Source: Nitrosopumilus sp. (GTDB taxonomy: Archaea; Thermoproteota; Nitrososphaeria; Nitrososphaerales; Nitrosopumilaceae). Taken from it: DNA of 64,000 bases. The DNA lies in assembly GCA_013911135.1 (NCBI GenBank), contig JACERO010000070.1:15263-79262 (forward strand), given 5' to 3'. Below, in pieces: positions 47,458-58,980 of this stretch (its first letter is position 1; every line of letters begins with the position of its first letter). The translations under genes were made by a program, and so were the position numbers. Under the pieces are notes generated by a model. It saw only the letters and a list, made by a program, of their open reading frames with translations, searched no databases and was not told the DNA's origin.

Positions 47458-48494
47458 TGCTTTGGTTTGTAGGTTTAGGAATTTCGGGATTCAAATCAAT
47501 TCCTAATGAAGCACTAGATATTTTATCAAAGGCAGATATCATCTATCTTGAACAATTTACCAGTCCAATTGGAAAATCAGATCTGGTTAAAATAAAAAAT
47601 GCAACAAAAGGAGAATTCGAACCTGCAAAGAGATGGTTGGTAGAAGATGGAAATGAGATTTTACAAAATGCAAAGAAGAAGAAAGTGGTTTTGTTATCAT
47701 ATGGAGATCCATACATTGCAACAACACATATTGAATTAAGAACAAGAGCAATAAAAGAAAAAATAAAAACATTTTCTATTCATGCTTCATCATCACTTAC
47801 TTCAATGATAGGAGAATGTGGTTTGCATTTTTACAAAGTTGGGAGAATTGCAACAATAATGAGTGAAATGAAATCACTGACAACACCATACTATCTAATT
47901 TACAAAAATGTTATTGAGGGAAATCATACTATACTTCTCTTAGAATACAATCAAGACAAAGATTTCTTCTTAGATCCTAAAGATGCATTAAATGGATTAC
48001 TAGAAACAGAGGAAGGACAGAGAAGAAATGTCATAAGCTTGTCTACTTATGCTATAGTTGCATCAAGAATTGGATTCAAAGATCAAACAATTATTTCAGG
48101 AAAAATATCTAGCTTGAAGAAAAGAGATTTTGCAAAACCGCCACATACTGTAATTATTCCAGGTAGATTACACTTTACTGAATCAGATGCCTTGAAGATA
48201 TTAGGTGAATGTATTGATGAACCATTTGATAATTCTGAAAAAACAAAAAAGATTTCAGTTCAGATGATGAAAAAATATGTTCCAATGGTAAGAGAAGCAC
48301 TTGAAGAGATTAAACCATACTATAAAGATCAAAAAGAATATCAAGTGATTTTAGAAAATGCAGAATTGTACATACTAGATGCAGAGAAATTTCTAGAAGA
48401 TGGGCAAGATGAGGTAGCAATTTTGAGTATTGGGTATGCAGATGGTCTTGTTGATGCATTGAGACTGACAAAAGGCCTTGATCCAAAGATGTAA
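47457..48494 (+). CDS. dph5: Diphthine synthase with a C-terminal DUF357-like domain
   Basis: LWFVGLG, YLEQFTS, LSYGDP.IATTH, HASS, GLHFYKVG and HT.LLL. The tail has AELY..DAEKFL..G...A..SIGYADGL.DAL. Confidence 0.88.
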   Translation: MLWFVGLGISGFKSIPNEALDILSKADIIYLEQFTSPIGKSDLVKIKNATKGEFEPAKRWLVEDGNEILQNAKKKKVVLLSYGDPYIATTHIELRTRAIKEKIKTFSIHASSSLTSMIGECGLHFYKVGRIATIMSEMKSLTTPYYLIYKNVIEGNHTILLLEYNQDKDFFLDPKDALNGLLETEEGQRRNVISLSTYAIVASRIGFKDQTIISGKISSLKKRDFAKPPHTVIIPGRLHFTESDALKILGECIDEPFDNSEKTKKISVQMMKKYVPMVREALEEIKPYYKDQKEYQVILENAELYILDAEKFLEDGQDEVAILSIGYADGLVDALRLTKGLDPKM

Positions 48495-48539
48495 TCCTTA
48501 GCGATGAATTAAAGAGAGGGTCCAAAAATAAGAAAAATA

Positions 48540-49157
48540 TTGGAAATTAATGAAAAGATGATTCTTTCTATCATGTATGTATGTCAAATTGATAGAAAAT
48601 CAGTACTTGAACAAATTAAGAAAAAAAGTTTGCTTTCAGCAGATGCAATTAACTCAAAGATTGATGAATTAATAAAAAACCAACTTGTAAACGAGGACAG
48701 AAGCACACTCACAGAAATTGGCAGAGACTCATTGCATGTGGTATTAGCTGGAGGTGTTTTTGATATCATTCATCCTGGTCACATTTACACACTTAATGCA
48801 GCAAAAGCATTAGGAGATGTTTTGGTAGTAGTTGTAGCAACAGATAACACATCTGAAAAGATGAAGAAACGAAAACCACTACACACGCAAGAACAAAGAC
48901 AAGAATTAGTTAATTCACTTTCAATGGTAGATCTTTGTCTAGTAGGACAAGAAGATGATATTTTCAAGACAGTTAATCGTGTAAGACCACAAATTATTGC
49001 ATTAGGTTATGATCAAGTTCATCAAGAGAAATTCATCACAGATGGATGCAAAAAGATTGATCTTGAGGTAAAAGTTGCAAGATTGCAATCCCCAATTCCT
49101 GAAAGCTCTAGCTCTAAAATAGAAAAAGAGTATGGAAAAGATATTCACGGAATTTAG
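48540..49157 (+). CDS. ribL: FAD synthase (RibL, cytidylyltransferase fold) with an N-terminal winged-helix-like extension
   Basis: GGVFDIIHPGH, R..LV.SL..VD, ALGYDQ and SSSKI. Confidence 0.8.
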   Translation: MEINEKMILSIMYVCQIDRKSVLEQIKKKSLLSADAINSKIDELIKNQLVNEDRSTLTEIGRDSLHVVLAGGVFDIIHPGHIYTLNAAKALGDVLVVVVATDNTSEKMKKRKPLHTQEQRQELVNSLSMVDLCLVGQEDDIFKTVNRVRPQIIALGYDQVHQEKFITDGCKKIDLEVKVARLQSPIPESSSSKIEKEYGKDIHGI

Positions 49158-49837
49158 GAATTAATTGGAATCTTGATTGAAACTTTTGATCCATCTTTTA
49201 GTTTTGCAGTTTTTCTTATACAGACTTTTGATATTAATTCAATTATAGAAGCATCATGATGAGTTCGTTCAAGTATGATTAATTCACAATTAATTGAATT
49301 GTTGAGTTTGGCTGGAAAGCATTTTACCCATCCATAGGTTCTCTTTCCATCTGAAAAGCTCTTAATTTTGATACCTTCCAAAATTTCAAATTGTTTAATT
49401 GCTTCTTGATGAATTTTTTGATCTAATTTAACATTAAGAGTTCCTGGAAATGGAATATATCCAATTTTTGGTTTGAACTGTTTTGTATATCCTTTTAATC
49501 CCATATAGTATGCACCCTCACCCATTCCAGAAACCAAAGTTCCTTTTAGATTCACATGAGAAGGAGACAAATCCAAACTTTTTTGTAAAATAGCTGAGAG
49601 TTTAACCATTTCAGAAAAACCTTTTGTAGTAATTTTTACTGAAATATTTCTTCCACTTACTATTCTTTCAATGAAAAGATTTTGTTCTAACTCAAGCAGA
49701 TGTTTTGATGCAGCTTGTTGTGATTTTTTGATATTTTTTCCAAGTGAGGAAGTAGTGACAGTAACATAGTTGTGTTTTGCTCCTTTAGACAGAAGGAAAG
49801 AGAGAGTTAAGAGGTGCTGAATCTTTAATTCAGTCAT
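49154..49837 (-). CDS. ribK: CTP-dependent riboflavin kinase with N-terminal wHTH (RbkR-type)
   Basis: SQQAASKHL HTH, GTLVSGMGEGAYY, PFPGTLN, ERTHH and IELIS...R. Confidence 0.9.
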   Translation of the reverse strand: MTELKIQHLLTLSFLLSKGAKHNYVTVTTSSLGKNIKKSQQAASKHLLELEQNLFIERIVSGRNISVKITTKGFSEMVKLSAILQKSLDLSPSHVNLKGTLVSGMGEGAYYMGLKGYTKQFKPKIGYIPFPGTLNVKLDQKIHQEAIKQFEILEGIKIKSFSDGKRTYGWVKCFPAKLNNSINCELIILERTHHDASIIELISKVCIRKTAKLKDGSKVSIKIPINS

Positions 49838-49846
49838 CTAGAAAGC

Positions 49847-50989
49847 CTATGAGATACCTAAATCACTAAATGTTTTAAGCGTCATGTCATTAGAGTTGGA
49901 TAGTTTAGCAACTCTATGTCCAATAACACATTCAATGCCTGCATTTTTAGCACCTTCTAGTAGTCTTTGAGTGATAATTCCATCTAGTAGAAGATACTTG
50001 ATTCCTGATTGTGTAGATAATTTACTAACAACCTCACTGATTGGAACTTTGAAAATTTCGTTTTGATCACTATCTAGTGCAACTGCTTCAAGTGTTTCAT
50101 TAAGATTTGGGAAAACCTTTGATGCTACATCTACAATTGGTTTATCATCTTCATTTTTGAGTGATGGTGCAGGTTTTCCATTTTTAATTTCATTAGCAAC
50201 AGGACTTAGAATTTCATCAATTCTTTGTGGAGTTAGTTCTTCAACTTCAACATCGTTATCTGCTTGAAGTTCATAGTCTAATGTAACAACAGATTTGAGT
50301 TCTTTGAGGATAAATCCACCTGATCTATCTCCATCAAGGAATGCAACAACAGTATCTTTGGTATTACATAGTTCTTTGATAGATTCATCAATTTTTGCAC
50401 CTTCAATTGCAAGAGCATTGTCATATCCTGCTCTTAAAAGATTGATTACATCGGCTCTTCCTTCAACAAGAATTACCCAAGTAGAATCAAAGACGCCAGA
50501 ACTGCATGTAAGTTTTGATGGTCCATATGTTGATAGTTTTCCAGTATCACCTTGATGAACATCATTTAACATGCTTTCTCCTTCACTGACAGTTTTTGTT
50601 GCCCATTTTTGCTTGATTTCTTTAGCGCGTCTTACAATATCGTCTTTCTTGGCAGCTCGTACATCATCAATAGCATCTAATCTAAATTTGCAATCAAACG
50701 GACCTACTTTGTCAATGCTTTCAATTCCTGCAGCAATTAATGCACAAGTATCAATATCAGTACTCATTGGGATTAAAGCAGTACCATTTGTAGTATTAGC
50801 TGTTGATTTTGCATCAACCTCAATACGTCCTACTTTAGAAACTCGTTGCAGTTCATTCAGATTCATCTCTGGACCTAACAGACCTTCTGTCTGGCCGAAG
50901 ATTGCACCGATTATATCTGCTCTTTCAACGAGCCCATCAACTTCATAGGAAAGTTTAACATGATATTTGACAATTCCTGATTGAGGCAT
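49847..50989 (-). CDS. dnaG: Archaeal DnaG (primase-like, exosome-associated)
   Basis: DIIGAIFGQTEGLLG, GRIEV, LVEGRADVINL and AFLDGDRSG (TOPRIM). Confidence 0.95.
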   Translation of the reverse strand: MPQSGIVKYHVKLSYEVDGLVERADIIGAIFGQTEGLLGPEMNLNELQRVSKVGRIEVDAKSTANTTNGTALIPMSTDIDTCALIAAGIESIDKVGPFDCKFRLDAIDDVRAAKKDDIVRRAKEIKQKWATKTVSEGESMLNDVHQGDTGKLSTYGPSKLTCSSGVFDSTWVILVEGRADVINLLRAGYDNALAIEGAKIDESIKELCNTKDTVVAFLDGDRSGGFILKELKSVVTLDYELQADNDVEVEELTPQRIDEILSPVANEIKNGKPAPSLKNEDDKPIVDVASKVFPNLNETLEAVALDSDQNEIFKVPISEVVSKLSTQSGIKYLLLDGIITQRLLEGAKNAGIECVIGHRVAKLSNSNDMTLKTFSDLGIS

Positions 50990-51105
50990 GAATTATTCAT
51001 CTCCTTAATATTCATAATTTGAGTTTCTGCTTTCGATATATGAGGGTATCGCAAAAATTTGCACAGCAATCACTAGAGAAATCTAAAAATGAAAAATAAT
51101 GTTGT

Positions 51106-51456
51106 TTATTCAGTGCTAAAAGAGTGACCACATGAACAGGATTTTGTAACATTTGGATTGTTGATTTTAAATCCAGAACCCATTAGGCTTTCAATATAGT
51201 CTACATTTGCACCTTGAAGATGTTCAACACTGTAACTATCAACTAGGAATTTTACTCCATTTTCTTCCATGACGATATCGTCTTCTTCTGGTGCTTTTTC
51301 AAAGCCCATTCCATAAGATAGACCAGAACAACCGCCACCTTGAACATATACTCTAAGATATTCTGGGGCTTCGGCTTCTTCTTTCATGAATTCTTTGATT
51401 TTTTCAGCTGCTTTTGCAGTGATTGTGATCATCTTTTGTGTTTGTTCGGTTGCCAT
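51106..51456 (-). CDS. A-type Fe-S carrier (IscA/HesB/ErpA)
   Basis: GGGCSGLSY and NPN..SCSCGHSF. Confidence 0.95.
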   Translation of the reverse strand: MATEQTQKMITITAKAAEKIKEFMKEEAEAPEYLRVYVQGGGCSGLSYGMGFEKAPEEDDIVMEENGVKFLVDSYSVEHLQGANVDYIESLMGSGFKINNPNVTKSCSCGHSFSTE

Positions 51457-51480
51457 TATGAATAAAAAAGCCGATTCAAA

Positions 51481-51488
51481 TTATAATA
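51481..51488 (-). promoter_or_regulatory. TATA box of the IscA-family gene
   Basis: TATTATAA on the minus strand about 25 nt before the ATG at 51456. Confidence 0.45.
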
Positions 51489-51586
51489 AGCTTTTGCCAC
51501 TCAGCACACTAGGGATTTAAGAAATCAGCGTATTTTTGCTACAATTATGGTTGTTAAGATAAATAAAATAAAAAAGTTGGAAATAG

Positions 51587-52384
<798 letters not shown>

Positions 52385-54532
52385 CTATTTTCCTTGTATT
52401 TTGCCCAATTGAACTAATGCACCTGCAGCTTCAACCCAAGTTCGAAGGTCTTGGTAAACTGGAACATTATATTTCTCAACCAATTTTACCATTTTTTCAG
52501 TATATGGACCACCATTACATCCAACTAAAAGTGGTTTCTTTCTTTTCTTTTGGAAATCAGCAAGATAATCAACAATTGTTTCTTCAAGTGGATCATCTTG
52601 GAAGACAAACCATGGCATTGCGATATCAATATTTTTTTCTTCCATGAATTGTTGAATGACAAATTTATAATCTTCTGCAGTTGCACCGCCACCTACATCT
52701 GCGGGATTACCACTATGAATAGGAACAGCTATTGGAAAATGAGCCTTCATTTTTTTGACACGTTCTGGTGATAACTTTCCTATTGTAAGACCAAATTTTT
52801 CTAATTGATCCATTCCACCAATCATTGGACCAGCACCATTACTAGTCATAGCAACGCGATTTCCCTTTGCAGCTGGTTGCCATGCTAGTGCCTTTAAGAC
52901 GCCAGCTAGTTGTTGATAACTGTCAACAGAGATTATACCTGCTTGCTTGAATGCACCCATAATGATTGCATTTGAGCCTCCAAGTGAGCCTGTGTGTGAT
53001 GCAGCTTGTTTTGCACCTATTGCAGTTCTACCACTCTTCCAAATAACTATTGGTTTCTTTGTTTCTTTCATAACACGTTTGGCAGTATTGATGAATTTTC
53101 GTCCATCACCAAATCCTTCAACGTATAATCCAATTACTTTTGTTTGAGGATCATTTGCAGCATACCATATCATATCTGCTTCATCAACATCAGAACGATT
53201 ACCAAAACTAATCATCTTGGATAAACCAAACACATCGGCACTTTCTAACATACTAATTCCCATGGTTCCACTTTGTGAGAAAAATGCAACAGGACCTAAT
53301 TTTGAACGTAGCATTCTTTCTTGTCCTTGGAATGCACAATCAAGACGATTAGCAGCATTGAACATTCCAATACAGTTAGGACCAATAATTCTGATTTTGT
53401 GTTTTTTAGATAATCTTGCAACTTCAGCTTCATATGCTGCACGTTCTCCGCCAAGCTCTTTTCCTCCACCTGAAACAATTACTACACTGTGAACTCCTTT
53501 CTTTGCACAATCTTCTAAGACAGGAGGAGTCATAGACAAATCTACTGAAACTACAACAAGATCAACTTTGCCTGGAACTGCTGAAACTGTTGGATAACAT
53601 TTTTGTCCAAAGATTTTATCAGCCTTTGGATTTATGGGGTAAACCTTTCCTTTGAAATCATAATTTACCAAACTGTCTAAGATAGAATTTCCAATCTTTC
53701 CAGGAGTTGATGATGCACCAACTAGTGCAACAGATTTTGGAGTAAAGAATGTCTCCATGTTTTCTTTGTTTGGTTTTGCTTTAGAAATGGAATTTTTCTT
53801 TACTTTATCATTAAGAAGAATTTTTGCATCTACAACATAATGAGATTTTGGATAAACAATTACAGGGTTAAAGTCAATACTGTTGAAATGGTCAGCGTTT
53901 TCTACTCCTAGTTTTCCAATTTGTACAAGCATTTTTGAAACCATGTTAAGATCAATTGGTGCATTTCCTCTGAATCCTTTGAGAAGTTTAGAGCCTTTGA
54001 GTTCATTTATCATTGATTTTGCATCTGAAGTTGTAATTGGTAGCATTCTAAATGAAACGTCTTTCATAACTTCAGTCATTATACCACCTAGTCCGACCAT
54101 AATTACAGGACCAAATTGTGAATCATTTTGAAGGCCAACAATTAGTTCAACACCTTTTGGAACCATCTTTTCAAGAAGTATTCCTTTAACATCAACTCCT
54201 TTCTTTTTAGAAAGTCTACCATACATGTCATTGAATGTCTTTTTTACATCATTGACATTATCTAGTCCAACTTTAACTCCACCAACATCAGTTTTGTGTA
54301 AAATTTGTGGTGAAACTACTTTCATTACAAGTGGAAAGCCAATCTTTTTTGCTTGTTTTGCTGCATCCTCAGCAGAGGTTACAAGTGCAAAAGGTGGAAC
54401 TTTGACTCCATAACTTTTGAGTATTGATTTTGATAATTCTTCGGTGATGACTTTGTGTTTAGTTTGAATGATTTCTTCAAAAATTTTCTTTACTGCAACC
54501 ATGGTTCGATTGATAAAATCAAAACTAAGCAT
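52385..54532 (-). CDS. ADP-forming acyl-CoA synthetase with N-terminal ATP-grasp; likely 3-hydroxypropionyl-CoA synthetase (probable start about 54502)
   Basis: [59 protein letters not shown] and NPADV. Confidence 0.85.
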   Translation of the reverse strand: MLSFDFINRTMVAVKKIFEEIIQTKHKVITEELSKSILKSYGVKVPPFALVTSAEDAAKQAKKIGFPLVMKVVSPQILHKTDVGGVKVGLDNVNDVKKTFNDMYGRLSKKKGVDVKGILLEKMVPKGVELIVGLQNDSQFGPVIMVGLGGIMTEVMKDVSFRMLPITTSDAKSMINELKGSKLLKGFRGNAPIDLNMVSKMLVQIGKLGVENADHFNSIDFNPVIVYPKSHYVVDAKILLNDKVKKNSISKAKPNKENMETFFTPKSVALVGASSTPGKIGNSILDSLVNYDFKGKVYPINPKADKIFGQKCYPTVSAVPGKVDLVVVSVDLSMTPPVLEDCAKKGVHSVVIVSGGGKELGGERAAYEAEVARLSKKHKIRIIGPNCIGMFNAANRLDCAFQGQERMLRSKLGPVAFFSQSGTMGISMLESADVFGLSKMISFGNRSDVDEADMIWYAANDPQTKVIGLYVEGFGDGRKFINTAKRVMKETKKPIVIWKSGRTAIGAKQAASHTGSLGGSNAIIMGAFKQAGIISVDSYQQLAGVLKALAWQPAAKGNRVAMTSNGAGPMIGGMDQLEKFGLTIGKLSPERVKKMKAHFPIAVPIHSGNPADVGGGATAEDYKFVIQQFMEEKNIDIAMPWFVFQDDPLEETIVDYLADFQKKRKKPLLVGCNGGPYTEKMVKLVEKYNVPVYQDLRTWVEAAGALVQLGKIQGK

Positions 54533-54544
54533 ATTAAACTTTGG

Positions 54545-55228
54545 TCAAAGATCGAATGATGATTTGAAGTTGTTGTAAAAATTCTTCATGTTTGATTTTA
54601 CAGTTGAAATGTTTTCATCAATATCTGAGCGAATTTTTTGCGGATCGATATGAGTAATTTTTTGTAGTTTTTCCTCTGTTTTATCAAGCCAGAAATTGAC
54701 CATTTCTTCATTTACCTCCAAATGGAATTGCAATCCAACTGCACTTTTGTATTGAAAAGCTTGATTCAGATAATGCTCAGACGAGACTAATCTAACTGCA
54801 CCTTCAGGTAAATCAAAGGTATCACCATGCCAATGAAAGACAGTGAAGGGGTTTTTGAAACCAGAAAAGAGTGTAGTGTCATTATGAATTTTCAAATCAT
54901 TGTAAAATCCAATTTCCTTTCGTGATCCACGGTATATTTTAGCACCAAATGTTTTAGCAATTAGTTGTGAACCCAAACATATTCCCAGAACAAGGATATT
55001 TTTTTCAACACAGTTTTTGACAAGCTGTTGTTCTGCTTGAAGATACGATAAATCATCATTTGCACTTTCAGGTGCTCCTAAAATTACAACCAGAGGGAAA
55101 TCTTTCTTAGGAAGTGGTTCGTGTTTTGCATTAACTGAAGTAATCTCAAATCCATCATTTTTGAGAAGATCACCCAAATATCCAGAACCTTCAATTCTGG
55201 TATTTTGTACAAGCAAAACATCAGACAT
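54545..55228 (-). CDS. Class I glutamine amidotransferase (GMP synthase-like)
   Basis: LGICLGSQL, FHWHGDTF and QFHLE catalytic Cys/His/Glu. Confidence 0.88.
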   Translation of the reverse strand: MSDVLLVQNTRIEGSGYLGDLLKNDGFEITSVNAKHEPLPKKDFPLVVILGAPESANDDLSYLQAEQQLVKNCVEKNILVLGICLGSQLIAKTFGAKIYRGSRKEIGFYNDLKIHNDTTLFSGFKNPFTVFHWHGDTFDLPEGAVRLVSSEHYLNQAFQYKSAVGLQFHLEVNEEMVNFWLDKTEEKLQKITHIDPQKIRSDIDENISTVKSNMKNFYNNFKSSFDL

Positions 55229-55277
55229 TATTTTTTAGTTACAAAAGTGCTTAATATGTTCAAACAAATCAGATAAT

Positions 55278-55655
55278 GTACTCGTTACAGAACAAGAAAT
55301 TATAGAGTTAAAGAATTTTATTTTTCAGTTAAACGCTATGGAAGATAGCGTTGTAGTAGTTGAAGGTAAAAAAGATTCTATTGCATTAAAAAAACTCGGT
55401 TACACAGGTAAAGTTTTAGAATTTCACAGATTTGGAGGAATGATTGACTTTGCCGATTCAGTTTCAAAATATAAAAAATTGATTATTCTTTTTGACAGAG
55501 ACAAAAAAGGTAGAACATTAACTAGTAAAACGATTCAACTATTGCAAAGAAGAACAAAAATAGATCTTTCTTACAAAAGAAAACTTTGAGAAATTACTAA
55601 AGGTAAGATAAGGTGTATCGAAGAACTAGTTTGTTACGAATCGTATCTGGTTTAA
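55278..55655 (+). pseudogene. Small TOPRIM-domain (RNase M5-like) protein, apparently disrupted
   Basis: VVVEGKKD..AL and LFDRDKKG TOPRIM motifs. In-frame TGA at 55587 is followed by EITKGKIRCIEELVCYESYLV*. The upstream frame is open to GTA at 55278 with no ATG/GTG. Confidence 0.65.
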
Positions 55656-56926
55656 GGCCAAATACCTTTTTGATTAAAGGCTTCTACTACTCTTTCAACA
55701 GCTAAAGCCATAGAAGCTTTTCTCATGTCGATTTTGTGTTTCTTAGACATTGCATATGAATCCCTGAATCCTTTTGTGATGTTGGCTTCCATTTTCTTGG
55801 CAACCTCATCAAATGTCCAATAGTAACCCATGTTATTTTGTACCCATTCTAGATATGAAATACAGACACCACCAGCGTTTGCTAAGATATCAGGAATTAC
55901 CATAATTTTCTTTTTATAAAGAATTGGATCAGCTTCTGGCAATGTTGGACCATTTGCAGCTTCTGCAATAATTTTACATTTGAGATTCTTGGCGATCTTT
56001 GCATTGATTTGATTTTCTAGTGCACCAGGAACTAGAATGTCACATTTAGTAGTAAGTAATTGTTCAGTTGAGATTTTTTTACTTCCAGGAAATCCTACAA
56101 CAGAGCCTTTCTTTTGTTTGTGCTCTAAAATTTTACTAGTCTTGGCACCATTAGGAATAGAAATAGCACCTTTAGAATCACTAACTGCAATTACTTTAGC
56201 ACCCATCTTTTCAAGATATATTCCTGCAAATGTTGATGCATTTCCAAATCCTTGTAAAACAACTTTAGTACCTTTCAAATTTAATTTCAATGTCTTTGCA
56301 GCTTCTCTTACAGTATATGCTGCTCCCAATCCAGTTGCAACATCTCTTGCAAGAGAGCCACCCATTGAAATTGGTTTTCCAGTAATTACACCTGGAGAAT
56401 GTTTATTGTCGTTTAGTTTGCTAAATGTGTCCATGATTTGAGTCATCTCTCTACCTGTTGTGTAAACATCAGGAGCTGGAATATCTTTTTGAGGTCCAAT
56501 AATTTCAGAAATTTTGTATGCAAATCCTCTAGTAAGACGTTCTAGTTCACCGTCACTGAGTTTTTCCGTTTTTGGATTTACATAGATAGCACCTTTTCCG
56601 CCACCTAGTGGAATATCAACTATTGCACATTTCCATGTCATCCATGAAGAAAGTGCCATAACTTCACGTTCCATGTATTCCACTCCACCTTCTGGATTAA
56701 AGTAACGAATACCTCCTTTGTATGGACCTCTGTCATTGTTATGTTGACTTCGAAAACCTGTGAAAATTCTAATTTTTCCATTATCCATTTTGACTGGAAT
56801 CTTTACTCTCAAAACTTTGTCAGGCATTGCAAGATATTCACGTAATCCTTTATCTTTAATCCCAAGAATATCACATGTATCATTGACTTGTTTTGTTGCA
56901 TTTGTAAATGGGTCTGACTTAAACAA
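55652..56926 (-). CDS. gdhA: Glutamate dehydrogenase (Glu/Leu/Phe/Val family)
   Basis: GPYKGGIRY, MTWKCA, GGGKG, DIPAPDV, ATGLG, QGFGN, EAANGP and NAGGV..SY.EW. Confidence 0.95.
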   Translation of the reverse strand: MFKSDPFTNATKQVNDTCDILGIKDKGLREYLAMPDKVLRVKIPVKMDNGKIRIFTGFRSQHNNDRGPYKGGIRYFNPEGGVEYMEREVMALSSWMTWKCAIVDIPLGGGKGAIYVNPKTEKLSDGELERLTRGFAYKISEIIGPQKDIPAPDVYTTGREMTQIMDTFSKLNDNKHSPGVITGKPISMGGSLARDVATGLGAAYTVREAAKTLKLNLKGTKVVLQGFGNASTFAGIYLEKMGAKVIAVSDSKGAISIPNGAKTSKILEHKQKKGSVVGFPGSKKISTEQLLTTKCDILVPGALENQINAKIAKNLKCKIIAEAANGPTLPEADPILYKKKIMVIPDILANAGGVCISYLEWVQNNMGYYWTFDEVAKKMEANITKGFRDSYAMSKKHKIDMRKASMALAVERVVEAFNQKGIWP

Positions 56927-57000
56927 GATAATCGATCTAAATAAACTTAGATTATATATTTTTGGTTGAAAATTTCTGATCGCTTTTTAAGAAAATAGAA

Positions 57001-57384
57001 TTATAGATAGACCTTTTTGTAATTCATCTTTCTTTCTAGTTTTTCAATTGCTTCATCAAGAGCATTGATATTAATTTCAAGAAAAGTTGACAGGTGAAAG
57101 ATTGCACCATATTTTTCGCCAATTTTTGATACCATGTTATTTTTCTCTAGTACTTTCATGTGATGTTGAATCGCTTTGTAATCAAGATCAAGTTCTTTTG
57201 ATAGTTGATGAGTATTGTATGGTTGATCAAGCAAGTGCATAATAATGCGTAATCTGGTAAATCCACCCCTAGTACTTGTAAACAAGTAAAGTAACAGCTT
57301 TCTAGTCTGTTTATCTGGTTTTCTTTGTGTAGAAACTTGTTTTGATCTAATAATTTCTTTGAATTCTAGGAGTTGATTAGTCAT
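57001..57384 (-). CDS. ArsR-like winged-helix transcriptional regulator
   Basis: GGFTRLRII..L...P.NTHQLSKEL.LDYKAIQHH..VL...N.V...G..YG. Confidence 0.8.
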   Translation of the reverse strand: MTNQLLEFKEIIRSKQVSTQRKPDKQTRKLLLYLFTSTRGGFTRLRIIMHLLDQPYNTHQLSKELDLDYKAIQHHMKVLEKNNMVSKIGEKYGAIFHLSTFLEININALDEAIEKLERKMNYKKVYL

Positions 57385-57514
57385 ATTACCTTAGAGAAAT
57401 TAAGGCAATTTTGCTTAAAACTCTATTTCCATATCTTTCCCATATCTTTTCCACATAATCAAAGTCAAGCATGATAATTACCCTTAAATTGACTATGGAT
57501 GAACTCGTGATATT

Positions 57515-58240
57515 ATGATGGCATCCCGCGGTTACGATATGACGCCTACCATGTATTCTCCAGATGGTAGAATATACCAAGTCGAATATGCCATGGAGAC
57601 TGTAAAAAGAGGAACTGTAGCAATTGGTATTTGCAGTAAAGATGGAGTTATCATGGCAGTTGAAGAGAAAGCTAGAACATTACAAACTACAGATATTACA
57701 CAAAAAATTTTCCAAGTAGATTTTCATATTGGGGTTGCCGCAGCAGGATACATCCCAGATGCACGTGTTCAAGTAGATAGTGCAAGATTCTTTTCACAAG
57801 GAAATAAAATGACATATGATGAATTAGTTGAAGTTGCAACAGTTGCCAAACATTTAGCAGATCAATCTCATCAGTTTACACAATATGGAGGAGTTCGTCC
57901 AAATGGCGTTTCATTAATAATTGCAGGAATTGATCAAAAAGGAGAATCAATCTACGTGACAGATCCTAGTGGAACTTATGTGCAATTTGCAGCAGTTGCA
58001 ATTGGAGCAGGGGCTGACGATGTAAATGAATTTTTGGAAAAACACTACAATGCAGATATGAGTATGGATGATGCAGCATCTTTAGCTATTGCTGCAATTA
58101 ATCTAAAAGCTGAACAAAAAGAGGGAGTCAAGGATATTAAAATGGCAAAGATTACAACTGAAGCAAAAGTTTTTGAAAAAATTTCTGAATCTGGTTTAGA
58201 GAATTATTCTCAAAACGCATCAAAGTTTTCTTTAGAATAA
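57515..58240 (+). CDS. psmA: Proteasome subunit alpha
   Basis: YDMTPTMYSPDGRIYQVEYA and RPNGVSL..AG.D...IY.TDPSG. Confidence 0.96.
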   Translation: MMASRGYDMTPTMYSPDGRIYQVEYAMETVKRGTVAIGICSKDGVIMAVEEKARTLQTTDITQKIFQVDFHIGVAAAGYIPDARVQVDSARFFSQGNKMTYDELVEVATVAKHLADQSHQFTQYGGVRPNGVSLIIAGIDQKGESIYVTDPSGTYVQFAAVAIGAGADDVNEFLEKHYNADMSMDDAASLAIAAINLKAEQKEGVKDIKMAKITTEAKVFEKISESGLENYSQNASKFSLE

Positions 58241-58290
58241 AAGTTTTAGATTTGAAAACTATTCAAACAAGTATTCAGAGACGATAGATT

Positions 58291-58980
58291 ATGGGTTTAG
58301 GAAGTTATTGGGGTGAAGTAATGGATGTACTTCGAGAGATTGTTCCTGTTTATGATAAAGTAAATTCAATTATTTCATTGGGCAAAGATGATGAACACAG
58401 AAATCGTGGAATTTTGGGAAGAGTGCTTCCAGGCAATAAAATTCTAGATGCAGGTTCTGGTTTTGGTAACATGTCAAAGACTGCACTAAAACAAACTGAT
58501 GGAAAAATTTCAATTACACTTTATGATCCTTTAGTACCCATGCTCAAAAACATAAGCATATATTTTGAAACATCTCCAGACATGGCAAACGGAGTTTTTG
58601 AGCATATTCCATTTAGAGATGAAGAGTTTGATGCAGTGTTATGCGGATATTCATTAAGAGATGCAATTAATTTGAGAATTGCAATTTCTGAAATTCATCG
58701 AGTATTGAAAAAAGATGGTAGATTTGTTATTGTTGATTTGGGAAAACCAGATGAAGTGTTAATCAGAGCAGGTGTTTCATTTTATCTAAGATGTATTCTT
58801 CCTATTCTTGCATTTATTGCAGGAGGAAGACTTGGATTAAAGTTTGGGAAGTTACATGGTACATTCAAAAGATGGCCTCAAAACAAAAAGCTTGAAGGAT
58901 TGCTATTAGAAAAATTTTCTAGAGTAGAATTTGAAAAAGATCTTATGGGTGGAGCAATAATGGTTGCAGCATTCAAATGA
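58291..58980 (+). CDS. Class I SAM-dependent methyltransferase (UbiE/MenG-like)
   Basis: YDKVNSIISLG, ILDAGSGFG, IPFRDEEFD and HRVLKKDG. Confidence 0.8.
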   Translation: MGLGSYWGEVMDVLREIVPVYDKVNSIISLGKDDEHRNRGILGRVLPGNKILDAGSGFGNMSKTALKQTDGKISITLYDPLVPMLKNISIYFETSPDMANGVFEHIPFRDEEFDAVLCGYSLRDAINLRIAISEIHRVLKKDGRFVIVDLGKPDEVLIRAGVSFYLRCILPILAFIAGGRLGLKFGKLHGTFKRWPQNKKLEGLLLEKFSRVEFEKDLMGGAIMVAAFK

